Positions 8,611 to 17,578 of a stretch of DNA of 64,000 bases are shown one piece after another (position 1 is the stretch's first letter; every line of letters begins with the position of its first letter). The DNA is taken from NCBI GenBank assembly GCA_035482045.1, contig DATHRD010000015.1:14597-78596 (forward strand). Reading direction: 5' to 3'. The position numbers and the translations under genes are program-made. This DNA comes from Thermoanaerobaculia bacterium. Lineage in GTDB: Bacteria > Acidobacteriota > Thermoanaerobaculia > Gp7-AA8. The notes under the pieces were generated by a model. The model did not search any database. It was given only the letters and a program-made list of their open reading frames with translations, and had not been told where the DNA came from.

Positions 8611-10596
8611 ATGCGACATGTCGCCGTTGCGGCTGTGTTTCTGCTCGTCTGTCCGATCGCTATCGCCCAGCACCTCCACGCCACTACCGCCCCCGGGCGA
8701 GTCTCGCCGTGCGACAAAAAATTCGCGGAGGCTGTCAGCCAGCCGCAATTTGCGAACCGCGAGTGGGTAGTCACCAGCAACGGGACGGCGCAGAAGTACT
8801 TCGACCAAGGATTGACGCAGTATTACGGATTCAACTTTGAAGAGGCGCTGCGCAACTTCCGCGGAGCGGCGGCAGCCGATAGCACACTGGCCATGGCATA
8901 TTGGGGCATCGCGCTCGCGGCGGGCCCGAACATCAACCTCGGCATGGACGATCCGTGTCGCGCTGTGGCGCTGAAGGCGATCCTGGCTGCGGAGGAGCGG
9001 GCGAAGACGGGCAAAGACGACAGAGCCAAGCTGGCGCGCGCTCTGATCCACGCACTCTCGTTACGCTACAACGATCCGGGCGATCCGGTGTCGGAGGCAG
9101 TCGCCTACAGCGTCGCCATGGGCAAGATTTGGGACCAATACAAGGACCAACGCTCTGGCATCGGCGTCAGCGTTAATGTCGGCGCACTCTACGCCGAGAG
9201 TATGCTTGATCTACGCCCGTGGGGCGTGTACGACCATTGCAAGAGCGCTGCGCTCGAGACTCTCCAAATTGAGAGCGTCCTGGAGAACTGCATAGACAAT
9301 TCTCGCGACGCTCTCGGCGCGAATCACTTCTGGATACACACGGTCGAAGGGGGGCCCAAACCGGACACAGACCGGGATTTTTGGAGCGCGGAATTGCTGA
9401 CGCGGCTGGTTCCCGCGTCGGGGCATCTGGTGCACATGCCGTCGCACATTTTTCTGCTGAACGGCCAATACCTAAATTCTTTGAATAGCAACGTGCAGGC
9501 CGTGAACGCCGATTTAAGCGAGTACGAGGAATCCTGCCGCGGCTCGTACACGGTGTATAGCGCTAATGACAAATGCCCGCAGCTCTATTACGGCCACTAC
9601 CAAAGCCACAACTACTTCTTCGGCACCGTCTCCGCCACATTTCTCGGGCGAAGCGAGCAAGCGGTGAAACTAGCGTGCGACACGAGCGCGCACGCGCAGC
9701 GCTTCTCGGCCAATGAGCCGGAGTTGCAGCGATACATGACGGCGCCGCTCCTGACTCTGGTGATGAACCGCAACTGGTGCGCAGTCCTCAAGGAGCCGGA
9801 GCCACCCGAGGAGTGCTACATGTGCCCGTTTGTGCCGGATAAGTACCCGCTGAACGGTTGCCACATCCTTAGTTCCGTGCGGCATTGGGCGCGCGGGATG
9901 GCGTACATCGCCGGCGCCAACGACGACTCCAGCACATGCAAAGTCCAAGCACCCGATATCGCCAGGTCGCGCGGGGAGTATGACGCGATGGCGAAGGAGA
10001 TGACCAAGATCGTTCCTCCCACGCCGATCGGATGGGGTAACAACAGCGCCGCGGCGGTGCTGGCCATCGCTCAGTCGATGCTGAGGGCGCGCATCAGTTG
10101 GGCGAAAGGTCAGTGCGCGAAGTTCGGTGAGTGCAAAGCGGGCGGTTTGTGTGAGAAGGGTGGTCAGTGCGAGGCAGCCCTGGACGAGGCCATTTCGCAT
10201 CTGAAGCTCGCGGTCACGCACGAGGACGCGCTGGGATACGACGAGCCTCCACAGTGGTTCGCCCCCACCCGCGAGGCTCTCGGCGGCGCCTACCTGCAGC
10301 TAGGAGAGCTCCATCTTGCGGAGCAAGTATTCGATGAAGAGCTTGAGCGCCACCCGGCGAGCGGCCGCGCTCTCTATGGCAAGATGCGTGCACAAGGGAA
10401 AACCGACGATCTCGCTTTCTGCACTGCGTGGGCGAACGCTGATTACACGATGACCGACGAGGATCTTTGGCCGGCTGCGATACTCGATGCCAAGAGCAAT
10501 GTCGTAACGACATGCGGAAAAGAGATAAAGGCTCTGTCTAAAAAGAGTTGCTCAAATCCTTCGCTTCCGATCTCCTGCCCCACAAAGATGGAGTGA
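8611..10596 (+). CDS. secreted Cys-rich hypothetical protein with C-terminal TPR-like region
   Basis: Signal peptide MRHVAVAAVFLLVCPIAIAQ. Many Cys residues. C-terminal TPR-like segment. No family recognised. Inserted between xdhB and xdhA on the opposite strand. Confidence 0.6.
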   Translation: MRHVAVAAVFLLVCPIAIAQHLHATTAPGRVSPCDKKFAEAVSQPQFANREWVVTSNGTAQKYFDQGLTQYYGFNFEEALRNFRGAAAADSTLAMAYWGIALAAGPNINLGMDDPCRAVALKAILAAEERAKTGKDDRAKLARALIHALSLRYNDPGDPVSEAVAYSVAMGKIWDQYKDQRSGIGVSVNVGALYAESMLDLRPWGVYDHCKSAALETLQIESVLENCIDNSRDALGANHFWIHTVEGGPKPDTDRDFWSAELLTRLVPASGHLVHMPSHIFLLNGQYLNSLNSNVQAVNADLSEYEESCRGSYTVYSANDKCPQLYYGHYQSHNYFFGTVSATFLGRSEQAVKLACDTSAHAQRFSANEPELQRYMTAPLLTLVMNRNWCAVLKEPEPPEECYMCPFVPDKYPLNGCHILSSVRHWARGMAYIAGANDDSSTCKVQAPDIARSRGEYDAMAKEMTKIVPPTPIGWGNNSAAAVLAIAQSMLRARISWAKGQCAKFGECKAGGLCEKGGQCEAALDEAISHLKLAVTHEDALGYDEPPQWFAPTREALGGAYLQLGELHLAEQVFDEELERHPASGRALYGKMRAQGKTDDLAFCTAWANADYTMTDEDLWPAAILDAKSNVVTTCGKEIKALSKKSCSNPSLPISCPTKME

Positions 10597-10694
10597 GCTT
10601 TGGTGCCGGCTGAATGGGCTTGACGAAGGCGAGCCATGGCGGTTCCACGACACGAAACCGCGTCAACGATGTCAGCGTGGCTACGTCGTGACCG

Positions 10695-12164
10695 CTACAC
10701 CCGCGCGAAGCGACGTTCCGCCGCCTCTTCGAACACCTCGTACCAGAACTTCGCCATGATGTTCTCTGCGAGTTGCAGCCTGTAGTCGGCGGAGCCCCGC
10801 ACGTCGCTGATCGGCTTGATCTCGTCGCGGGCGATGCGGCCGGCGTGCTCGAAGGTATCAAGGGTGGCCGTCTTGCCGGCCAGGAAGGCTTCCGTGTGCG
10901 GGAGGCGGATGACGGTAGGGGCGACGCCGCCGTAGGCGATGATGGCGTGGTCGATCCGATCGCCGCTGATTGCCAATCGAATGGCGGCGGTGAAGGCGGA
11001 GATGTCGAGATCCTTGCGTCGCGAGACCTTGTAGAGCTTGAGCGTGTCGCGGACGATGGGGATGCGAACGCTGGTGATGATCTCGTCGGGATGGAGATCG
11101 AACTTCCGGTATCCGAGGTAGAAGCGGTCGATCGGAACGGTGCGAGTGCCGCCGTTCAGCGCGAGGGTGGCGCCGGCGACGAAGAGATAAGGCAACGTGT
11201 CGGCGATTGGAGAGCCGTTGGCGATGTTGCCGACCAGCGTTCCGGCGTTCTTGATCTGAGGTGAGCCGAACACGGCCAGGATGCCCGCCAGCTCGGGGAT
11301 GCGATCGGCGATGAACGTCTCGAAGTCGGCGAGCGTCGCATTCGCGCCGGCGACGATCGCGCCGTCTTCTTCGCGCAACTCGTTGAGCGATGCGATCTTC
11401 GACAGTGACAGCATCGCCGGCGCGGCGAGGTTCCGCTTGTTGACCCAGACGCCGACGTCGGTCCCCCCCTGCACGATCGTGCATCCGGGATGGCCGCGTT
11501 TGAAGGCGATTGCCTCGTCGAGCGTGGCCAGCGCGCAGAAGGAGCCGACCTCCACGGAATCGCTTGCATCCGGAAGATCGGGATAGCGGTCGCGCATCTT
11601 GCTGATCGGCGCGCCGTCGATCGCCAGCGCGGCCTTGATGATCGGCTCGTAGCCGGTGCAGCGGCAGAGGTTTCCGGTCAGCCCGTCACGTACCTGTTTT
11701 TCATCGACCCGGTCACAGCGCTCGAACATTCCGGCCATGGCCATGACGAAGCCGGGCGTGCAGTAGCCGCACTGCGCGCCGTGGCAACGAACCATGGCCT
11801 CCTGAACAGGATGGAGAACGTTTTTACGCGGAGACGCGGAGACGCGGAGGGAGTCCTCTTTTCTCCGCGTCTCCGCGCCTCCGCGTGAAACGGTTTTCGT
11901 TTCGCTCAATCCTTCCACCGTGACGATCGATGATCCATCGAGCTGCGCGAGCGAAAGGATGCAGGCGTTGACCGGACGATAGTCGGCATCGGCCGTGCGC
12001 CGGGTCAATACCGTGCAGGCGCCGCAATCCCCTTCCTCGCAGACGATCTTCGTCCCAGTGGCAGCGACATCCTGTCGAAGATAGTTCGCGAGGGTCTCGA
12101 AGGCGACATCGCCGGCGATGCGATGTTCACGGCCGTTGATGTGGATGAGGATGTGGTCGCGCAC
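10695..12164 (-). CDS. xdhA: xanthine dehydrogenase small subunit (2Fe-2S and FAD-binding)
   Basis: EEGDCGACTV and CGYCTPGFVM ferredoxin motifs followed by an FAD-binding domain. Contains an unusual in-frame palindromic segment (separate feature). Confidence 0.85.
   Translation of the reverse strand: MRDHILIHINGREHRIAGDVAFETLANYLRQDVAATGTKIVCEEGDCGACTVLTRRTADADYRPVNACILSLAQLDGSSIVTVEGLSETKTVSRGGAETRRKEDSLRVSASPRKNVLHPVQEAMVRCHGAQCGYCTPGFVMAMAGMFERCDRVDEKQVRDGLTGNLCRCTGYEPIIKAALAIDGAPISKMRDRYPDLPDASDSVEVGSFCALATLDEAIAFKRGHPGCTIVQGGTDVGVWVNKRNLAAPAMLSLSKIASLNELREEDGAIVAGANATLADFETFIADRIPELAGILAVFGSPQIKNAGTLVGNIANGSPIADTLPYLFVAGATLALNGGTRTVPIDRFYLGYRKFDLHPDEIITSVRIPIVRDTLKLYKVSRRKDLDISAFTAAIRLAISGDRIDHAIIAYGGVAPTVIRLPHTEAFLAGKTATLDTFEHAGRIARDEIKPISDVRGSADYRLQLAENIMAKFWYEVFEEAAERRFARV
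11826..11888. repeat. near-perfect 24-bp-stem hairpin embedded in frame in the xdhA interdomain linker
   Basis: cgcggagacgcggagacgcggaggga gtcctctttt ctccgcgtctccgcgcctccgcg. Encodes the low-complexity segment VSRGGAETRRKEDSLRVSASPRKN. Confidence 0.8.
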
Positions 12165-12166
12165 GT

Positions 12167-13498
12167 CTACAGCCGCACGATCCCGTTATACGTCTCCGGC
12201 CGCCTGTCCCGATAGAACTGCCACGTATTGCGGACTTCGCGGATCTTGTCCATATCCAGATCCGCGGTCACGAGCGCGTCCGCATCGCGAGGGCCCACGG
12301 CCAGCATCTGGCCACGCGGATCGCAGAAGTAGCTCTGGCCGTAGAACTCGCCGATGTTCCATGGCGCCTCGTAACCAACGCGATTGATGGCGCCGACGAA
12401 GTAGCCGTTGGCCACCGCGTGCGCCGGCTGCTCGAGCTTCCAGAGGTACTCCGAGAGACCGGCTACCGTCGCGGAAGGGTTCATCACGATTTCCGCTCCG
12501 GCCAGGCCCAACTCCCGGGCGCCCTCGGGGAAGTGGCGGTCGTAGCAGATGTAGACGCCGACCTTGGCGTAGGCCGTATCGAACACCGGGTACCCGAGGT
12601 TGCCGGGACGGAAGTAGAACTTCTCCCAGAAACCGGGCGCGACGTGCGGAATGTGGTTCTTACGGTACTTGCCGAGGTACGTGCCGTCGGCGTCGATCAC
12701 GGCGGCGGTGTTGTAGTAGACGCCGGTCGACTCTTCCTCATACAGCGGCACGATGATGACCATGCTGTATTTCTTGGCGTACTCCTGCATCAGCTTCGTG
12801 GTCGGACCGTCCGGGATCCTCTCCACGGAGTCGTACCAACGCGTGCTCTGCTCGGCGCAGAAGTAAGGGCCGGTGAAGATCTCCTGCATGCAGAGGACCT
12901 GAACGCCCTCGGCGCCGGCCTGGTCGACATACTTGAGCGTGCGCTCAGTCTGGGCCTCGCGGATCTTCTCGAGCGATTCGCTCGTGTCACAGGCCAGGGA
13001 CGTCTGAATCAAACCACCTTTAACGATTCGGGACATGTGTTTTCTCTCCGATTGGGGCTCGCGGATTATACCGGCACGGCCGGTAGCGTTGGTCGCCCGA
13101 GGCTCCGCCACAACGTGCGCGTAATCAACGTTTTCGCGCGGAGCTTCGTCGGCGACGATGATCGTCGGTTGTGGCGGCTCCGGGGGCGGAGGTGGGGGTG
13201 CTGGCTGCGGCACCGGCTCCGGTTCAATGATCGGCAACGGTTCCGGATCGGCGTCCGGCAACGGCTCGGGATCTTCGGGAGGAGGTTCTGCGTAGGTCGG
13301 ACTCTCAGTCCGACCGGGCGGTGGTACGACCTCGGACGCGCGGTCGGATTGGAGGTCGGACTGGAGAGTCCGACCTCCGTTCGTCCGACCTACGTTGGCC
13401 TCGTCTGCCTTCTCGCGTTCCGCGTTCTTCCGCCGCCATGACCCGCCGGCGATGATGATGACGACTGCAACAAGGATGAGGATGGTGATGTAGGTCAT
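12167..13498 (-). CDS. beta-ureidopropionase-like CN-hydrolase (N-carbamoyl amidohydrolase), possibly with an N-terminal membrane anchor and Pro-rich linker
   Basis: Catalytic domain motifs: YRKNHIP, PVFDT, ICYDRHFP, GAEIVMNPSAT. Two candidate starts. ATG 13498 overlaps the NCS1 stop (ATGA) and gives a TM helix plus Pro-rich region. ATG 13036 is preceded by TATAAT and GGAGAG. Confidence 0.75.
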   Translation of the reverse strand: MTYITILILVAVVIIIAGGSWRRKNAEREKADEANVGRTNGGRTLQSDLQSDRASEVVPPPGRTESPTYAEPPPEDPEPLPDADPEPLPIIEPEPVPQPAPPPPPPEPPQPTIIVADEAPRENVDYAHVVAEPRATNATGRAGIIREPQSERKHMSRIVKGGLIQTSLACDTSESLEKIREAQTERTLKYVDQAGAEGVQVLCMQEIFTGPYFCAEQSTRWYDSVERIPDGPTTKLMQEYAKKYSMVIIVPLYEEESTGVYYNTAAVIDADGTYLGKYRKNHIPHVAPGFWEKFYFRPGNLGYPVFDTAYAKVGVYICYDRHFPEGARELGLAGAEIVMNPSATVAGLSEYLWKLEQPAHAVANGYFVGAINRVGYEAPWNIGEFYGQSYFCDPRGQMLAVGPRDADALVTADLDMDKIREVRNTWQFYRDRRPETYNGIVRL

Positions 13499-14994
13499 GC
13501 GGCGGAGGGAACCTCGACGATGCCGCTCGGGCGGAAGGTTTTCATCAACAGAAGGTGGGTGATCGCGGCGACGCCGAAGCCGACGAACCAGGCATAGTCG
13601 TACAGCGGGCGCAGCGCGGGAACGACCAGACCGATCCAGGCCGCGGTGCAGCCGAGGAGTGTGGCGAGGACAGCGCGCCAGTTCCAGCCGCCCGCGTATC
13701 GGTACGCTCCGTCGATTCGATAGAGATCACCGAGCACCAGCAGCTTTTTCCGCACGATCCAGTAGTCGACGATCATCACGCCGCCGATCGAGCCGAGCCC
13801 GCCCGAGTAGCCGAGGAGCCACGTGAAGATGTAACCCGAGGGATCCGCCAGCAGACGCCAGGGCTGCATGGCGATCGCCAGCAGGCCGGTGATCAGGCCG
13901 CCGGTGCGGAAGGAGATCCATTTCGGGAATGCGTTCGCGAAGTCGTTCGCCGGCGAGACCACGTTGGCGGCGATGTTCACGGAAAGCGTGGCGATGACGA
14001 CGGTGAACATCGAGATGGCCACGACCAGAGGCTGCTTGAACTGCGCCACGAGCTTGAGTGGATCCCACAGCTCGTTGATGCTCATCGTCGGATAGATGAC
14101 GACTGCAGCGGAGGTGATGAGCACCCCCATTGCCGCGAAGATGGTCATCGTCGTCGGCAGTGCCACCGTCTGACCGATGGCCTGCTCGCGCTGGCTGCGG
14201 CCGAAACGGGTGAAGTCGGGCATGTTCAGCGACAGCGTGGCCCAGAAGCCGATCATCGCCGTCAACGAGGGGATGAAGATCGGACGGAACTGTGCCCAGG
14301 TCTCGAACTTCCCCTTCTCGTGCAGAAGGTAGCCGAGGCCGTGCGCTCGCCAGACCGCCCATCCCAGAAGGAAGGCCGTCATGACGAGGACAAACGGAGC
14401 CGCCCAGTTCTCAAAGCGGCGAAGCAGGTCCATGCCGCGGTAAATGATCAGAATGTTGAGCAGCCAGAAGAGGAGAAACGAGATCCATTCGGTGGTCGGA
14501 TGCCCAACGAACCTGCCGAGGAGGGTGGGCCAGGAGGGAAGGATCGAGGTGAAGAAAGTGTGGAGCGCTTCCCCGCCGATCCAGGCCTGAATCCCGAACC
14601 AGCCGCAGGCGACGATGGCGCGCATGAGCGCCGGAAGGTTCGAGCCGATCGTCCCGTAACTGGCCCTGGCGAAGACCGGAAACGGAATGCCGTACTTGGT
14701 TCCGGCGTGTGAGTTGAGGAGGATGGGGATGAGGACGATGGTGTTGCCCACGAGGATCGTCAGCAGCGCCTGCCACCAGTTCATCCCCGCGCCGATGAGT
14801 CCCGACGACATCATGTAAGTGGGGATGCAGTGCGCCATGGCGATCCAGAGCGCGGCGTAGTTGTAGGTGGTCCAGTTCCGCCGTGCCACCGGCACCGGCG
14901 CGAGGTCGTGGTTGTAGAGAGGGCTGGTGCGAATCCCCTCCTCGGAGCGAAGCTCGACACGTCCGTCTTCGTGTTGGATGACTGCGTCAGTCAT
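13495..14994 (-). CDS. NCS1 family nucleobase/hydantoin/allantoin:cation symporter
   Basis: 12-TM protein with typical NCS1 sequence. Start taken at MTDAVIQ (14994). Confidence 0.8.
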   Translation of the reverse strand: MTDAVIQHEDGRVELRSEEGIRTSPLYNHDLAPVPVARRNWTTYNYAALWIAMAHCIPTYMMSSGLIGAGMNWWQALLTILVGNTIVLIPILLNSHAGTKYGIPFPVFARASYGTIGSNLPALMRAIVACGWFGIQAWIGGEALHTFFTSILPSWPTLLGRFVGHPTTEWISFLLFWLLNILIIYRGMDLLRRFENWAAPFVLVMTAFLLGWAVWRAHGLGYLLHEKGKFETWAQFRPIFIPSLTAMIGFWATLSLNMPDFTRFGRSQREQAIGQTVALPTTMTIFAAMGVLITSAAVVIYPTMSINELWDPLKLVAQFKQPLVVAISMFTVVIATLSVNIAANVVSPANDFANAFPKWISFRTGGLITGLLAIAMQPWRLLADPSGYIFTWLLGYSGGLGSIGGVMIVDYWIVRKKLLVLGDLYRIDGAYRYAGGWNWRAVLATLLGCTAAWIGLVVPALRPLYDYAWFVGFGVAAITHLLLMKTFRPSGIVEVPSAA

Positions 14995-15169
14995 TGATTG
15001 TCTCCGGATTCCCAAAATGACGGGTGAGGCGCATTGTGCCACACCGATCCGGCAGGACACCGAAGCCCGATGGATGACTTGACCGACTTGGGCGAGCGAT
15101 CACTGGAACTCGTCAATGGATCGTCAAATATCGCAAATCATGGATGTTACAGCGCCTTCGTGATTGATG

Positions 15170-15415
15170 ACAACACCATCGAGAATGGCGATGTCGCCAA
15201 GAAAGATGGCGATGTTGCCATCGAACATGGCGATGTTGCCTTCGAAAATGGCGATATCGCCCCCAAAGATGGTGATTTGCCAAAAAAGATGGCGATGTCG
15301 CCCCCAAAGACGGCGATGTTGCCATCAAGGTTGATGATGTTGCCAAAAAAATGATGATGTCGCCAAGAAAAATGGCGAGGTTGTCATCCGAAGTGAGGAC
15401 GTTGCCATCACTCTC
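15170..15415. repeat. tandem array of about 11 degenerate 21-bp units, each containing the palindrome ATGGCGATGTTGCCAT
   Basis: gatggcgatgttgccatcgaac / atggcgatgttgccttcgaaa / atggcgatatcgcccccaaa ... Low-GC relative to the flanks. Lies upstream of the NCS1 permease gene and downstream of the dihydropyrimidinase gene. Confidence 0.8.
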
Positions 15416-15482
15416 ACAGAGTTAAGCGTCCAGGTTCTGGACACCCTCGGGTCTCGAGGCTTGCGTGTCCCGTCCTCCGGCG

Positions 15483-16868
15483 CTACCTCGGAGAAAACGC
15501 CTGTCCCCGTTTGAGGAACTGCCCCTTCCCAGCCCGTCCGACGTACTTTCCCTCTTCGATCACCAGCTCGCCACGCGAAAGCACCGTCTTGGTTACCCCG
15601 CGAACCCGGCGCCCCTCGTAGCAGGAGTAGTCGACGTTCATGTGGTGGGTCCTGGCGCTGATGGTCATCTCTTCGTCCGGATCGAAGATGACGATGTCGG
15701 CGTCGCTGCCGACGGCGATCGTTCCTTTGCGTGGGAAGAGGCCGAAGATCTTCGCGGCCGCGGTCGACGTGATCTCGACGAAACGGTTGAGCGAGATGCG
15801 CCCCTCGGCCACGCCGCCGTCGTAGACGAGCGACATCCGGTTCTCCACGCCCGGCCCGCCGTTGGGGATCTTGGAGAAGTCGTTCTTGCCGAGCTCCTTC
15901 TGCTCTTTCATGCAGAACGGGCAGTGGTCGGTCGAGACGACCTGCAGGTCGTTGAACTTCAGCCCGCGCCACAGCTTGTCCTGGTTCCACTTATCGCGAA
16001 TGGGCGGCGTCATCACGTACTTGGCGCCTTCGAATCCGGGCTGTTCGTAGACGCTGTAGTCGAGGAAGAGGTACTGCGGGCAGGTCTCGGCGAAGGCGTT
16101 GATGCCCATATCGCGCGCCCGCGTCACTTCCTGCAGCGAGTCGTCGCAACTGAGATGGACGATGTAGACCGGCGCGTCCGCCATCTCGGCGAGAGCGATG
16201 GCGCGATGAACGCCCTCCGCCTCCGCTTTGGTAGGTCTCGTCAGGGCGTGGTATTTCGGCGCCGTCTTCCCCTCGGCCAGCGCCTTCTTGACGATGGCAT
16301 CGATGACGACGCCGTTCTCGGCGTGCATGCAGATCAACCCGCCGTTCTCACCCGCCGTCCCCATGGCCTTGAAGATCGTAGCGTCGTCGACGAGGAACAC
16401 TCCCGGATAGGCCATGAAGAGCTTGAAGCTCGACACCCCTTCGTCGATCATCCCCTTCATCTCCGGCAACCGCTCGTCCGGCAGATCGGTACAAATGAGA
16501 TGGAACCCGTAGTCGATCGACGTCTTTCCCTCGGCCTTGGCGTGCCATACGTCGACCGCCTGCCGCAGCGACTGTCCCTTGTACTGCACGGCGAAGTCGA
16601 TGATCGTCGTCGTCCCCCCGTGCGCCGCCGCGATCGTGCCGGTCTCGAACGTGTCGGATGCCGAGGTTCCACCGAACGGCAGTTCCATGTGCGTGTGCGG
16701 ATCGATCCCGCCGGGGATGACGAGCCGCCCCCTGGCATCGATGACCTTGTCGGCCTGAGCGTCGATCGACTTCCCGATCATGGCGATCGTCCCGTCCTCG
16801 ATGAGGATGTCCGCGCGGTAGTCGTCGACGGCGGTGACGATGCGACCGTTCTTGATGAGGGTGGTCAT
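15483..16868 (-). CDS. dihydropyrimidinase / D-hydantoinase
   Basis: MTTLIKNGRIVTA...IPGGIDPHTHM. Cyclic amidohydrolase, 461 aa. Confidence 0.85.
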   Translation of the reverse strand: MTTLIKNGRIVTAVDDYRADILIEDGTIAMIGKSIDAQADKVIDARGRLVIPGGIDPHTHMELPFGGTSASDTFETGTIAAAHGGTTTIIDFAVQYKGQSLRQAVDVWHAKAEGKTSIDYGFHLICTDLPDERLPEMKGMIDEGVSSFKLFMAYPGVFLVDDATIFKAMGTAGENGGLICMHAENGVVIDAIVKKALAEGKTAPKYHALTRPTKAEAEGVHRAIALAEMADAPVYIVHLSCDDSLQEVTRARDMGINAFAETCPQYLFLDYSVYEQPGFEGAKYVMTPPIRDKWNQDKLWRGLKFNDLQVVSTDHCPFCMKEQKELGKNDFSKIPNGGPGVENRMSLVYDGGVAEGRISLNRFVEITSTAAAKIFGLFPRKGTIAVGSDADIVIFDPDEEMTISARTHHMNVDYSCYEGRRVRGVTKTVLSRGELVIEEGKYVGRAGKGQFLKRGQAFSPR

Positions 16869-17200
16869 GGCTGGACTCCTTGGTTCAAGTAGCGCTCGAT
16901 GATCGCTTTCAGTTTGGGCAAATCTTCAGTCGCGGTGTCCCACACGCGATCATTGTCGATGTCGAAGTAAGAATGAATGAGGTGGTTGCGCATTCCGACG
17001 ACTTCGGGCCAGGGAATCTCAGGCAGCTCGGCGCGCACTGCCATTCCGATGCGTGCCGCTGCCTCGCCGACAATTTCAATCGATTTCACGATTGCGAGTG
17101 CGAGCTGGTCATCTCCGTCCAGATCAGCGCGGGTGCGGCCGGCAATGAATCGCTCGACACGCCCTGCGGATTCGACGATGTGACGGAGGCGCTCGATGTC
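16865..17200 (-). CDS. hepT: HepT-like HEPN toxin (DUF86) with no canonical start codon across its N-terminal homology
   Basis: Rx4HxY motif (MRNHLIHSYFDID). Family-like N-terminal sequence DIERLRHIVESAGRVERFIAGRTRADLDGDDQLALAIV continues in frame upstream of the annotated GTG (17089), up to the MntA stop. That stretch has no ATG, GTG or TTG. Confidence 0.6.
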   Translation of the reverse strand, partial: DIERLRHIVESAGRVERFIAGRTRADLDGDDQLALAIVKSIEIVGEAAARIGMAVRAELPEIPWPEVVGMRNHLIHSYFDIDNDRVWDTATEDLPKLKAIIERYLNQGVQP

Positions 17201-17501
17201 AGGCGGCGGAATACTGCACCTCGGCCGAATGAACGACTTGGTCGCGGAAATAGCGGCTCAGCTCTGCCGGTGTTCTGAGGTCAACCTTTCGCCCAAGCCG
17301 CTCACCGAGCTCGATCTCCATGCCCGCCATGGCGATGTATCCCACCCGCGCCCCTTCTTCGAACTCCACCAGCACATCGACATCGCTCTCCGGCCGAAAA
17401 CGGTCTGTCAGCACGGAGCCGAAAAGAGCCAGCTTGCGAATGTGGTTTCGCTTGCAGAACTCCGAAACGAACGCCGGATCGAGCTGAATATGCGCCGTCA
17501 T
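17199..17501 (-). CDS. mntA: MntA-like minimal nucleotidyltransferase antitoxin
   Basis: LFGSVLTDRFRPESDVDVLVEF (GS...DxD nucleotidyltransferase motif). Alternative starts up to 17552. Confidence 0.7.
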   Translation of the reverse strand: MTAHIQLDPAFVSEFCKRNHIRKLALFGSVLTDRFRPESDVDVLVEFEEGARVGYIAMAGMEIELGERLGRKVDLRTPAELSRYFRDQVVHSAEVQYSAA

Positions 17502-17578
17502 CGCACCGTGCATTCTAGCGCGATGCCTCAATTCGGGCGCCGTCGCCGGCATGGAGGCCGCCGTTTCGCTGCGCAGCT

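Noticed and set aside
12790-13440. Pro-rich region upstream of the CN-hydrolase read as a collagen-like or separate gene
   Set aside because: There is no stop between it and the hydrolase domain. It is treated as an N-terminal extension or leader rather than a separate gene.
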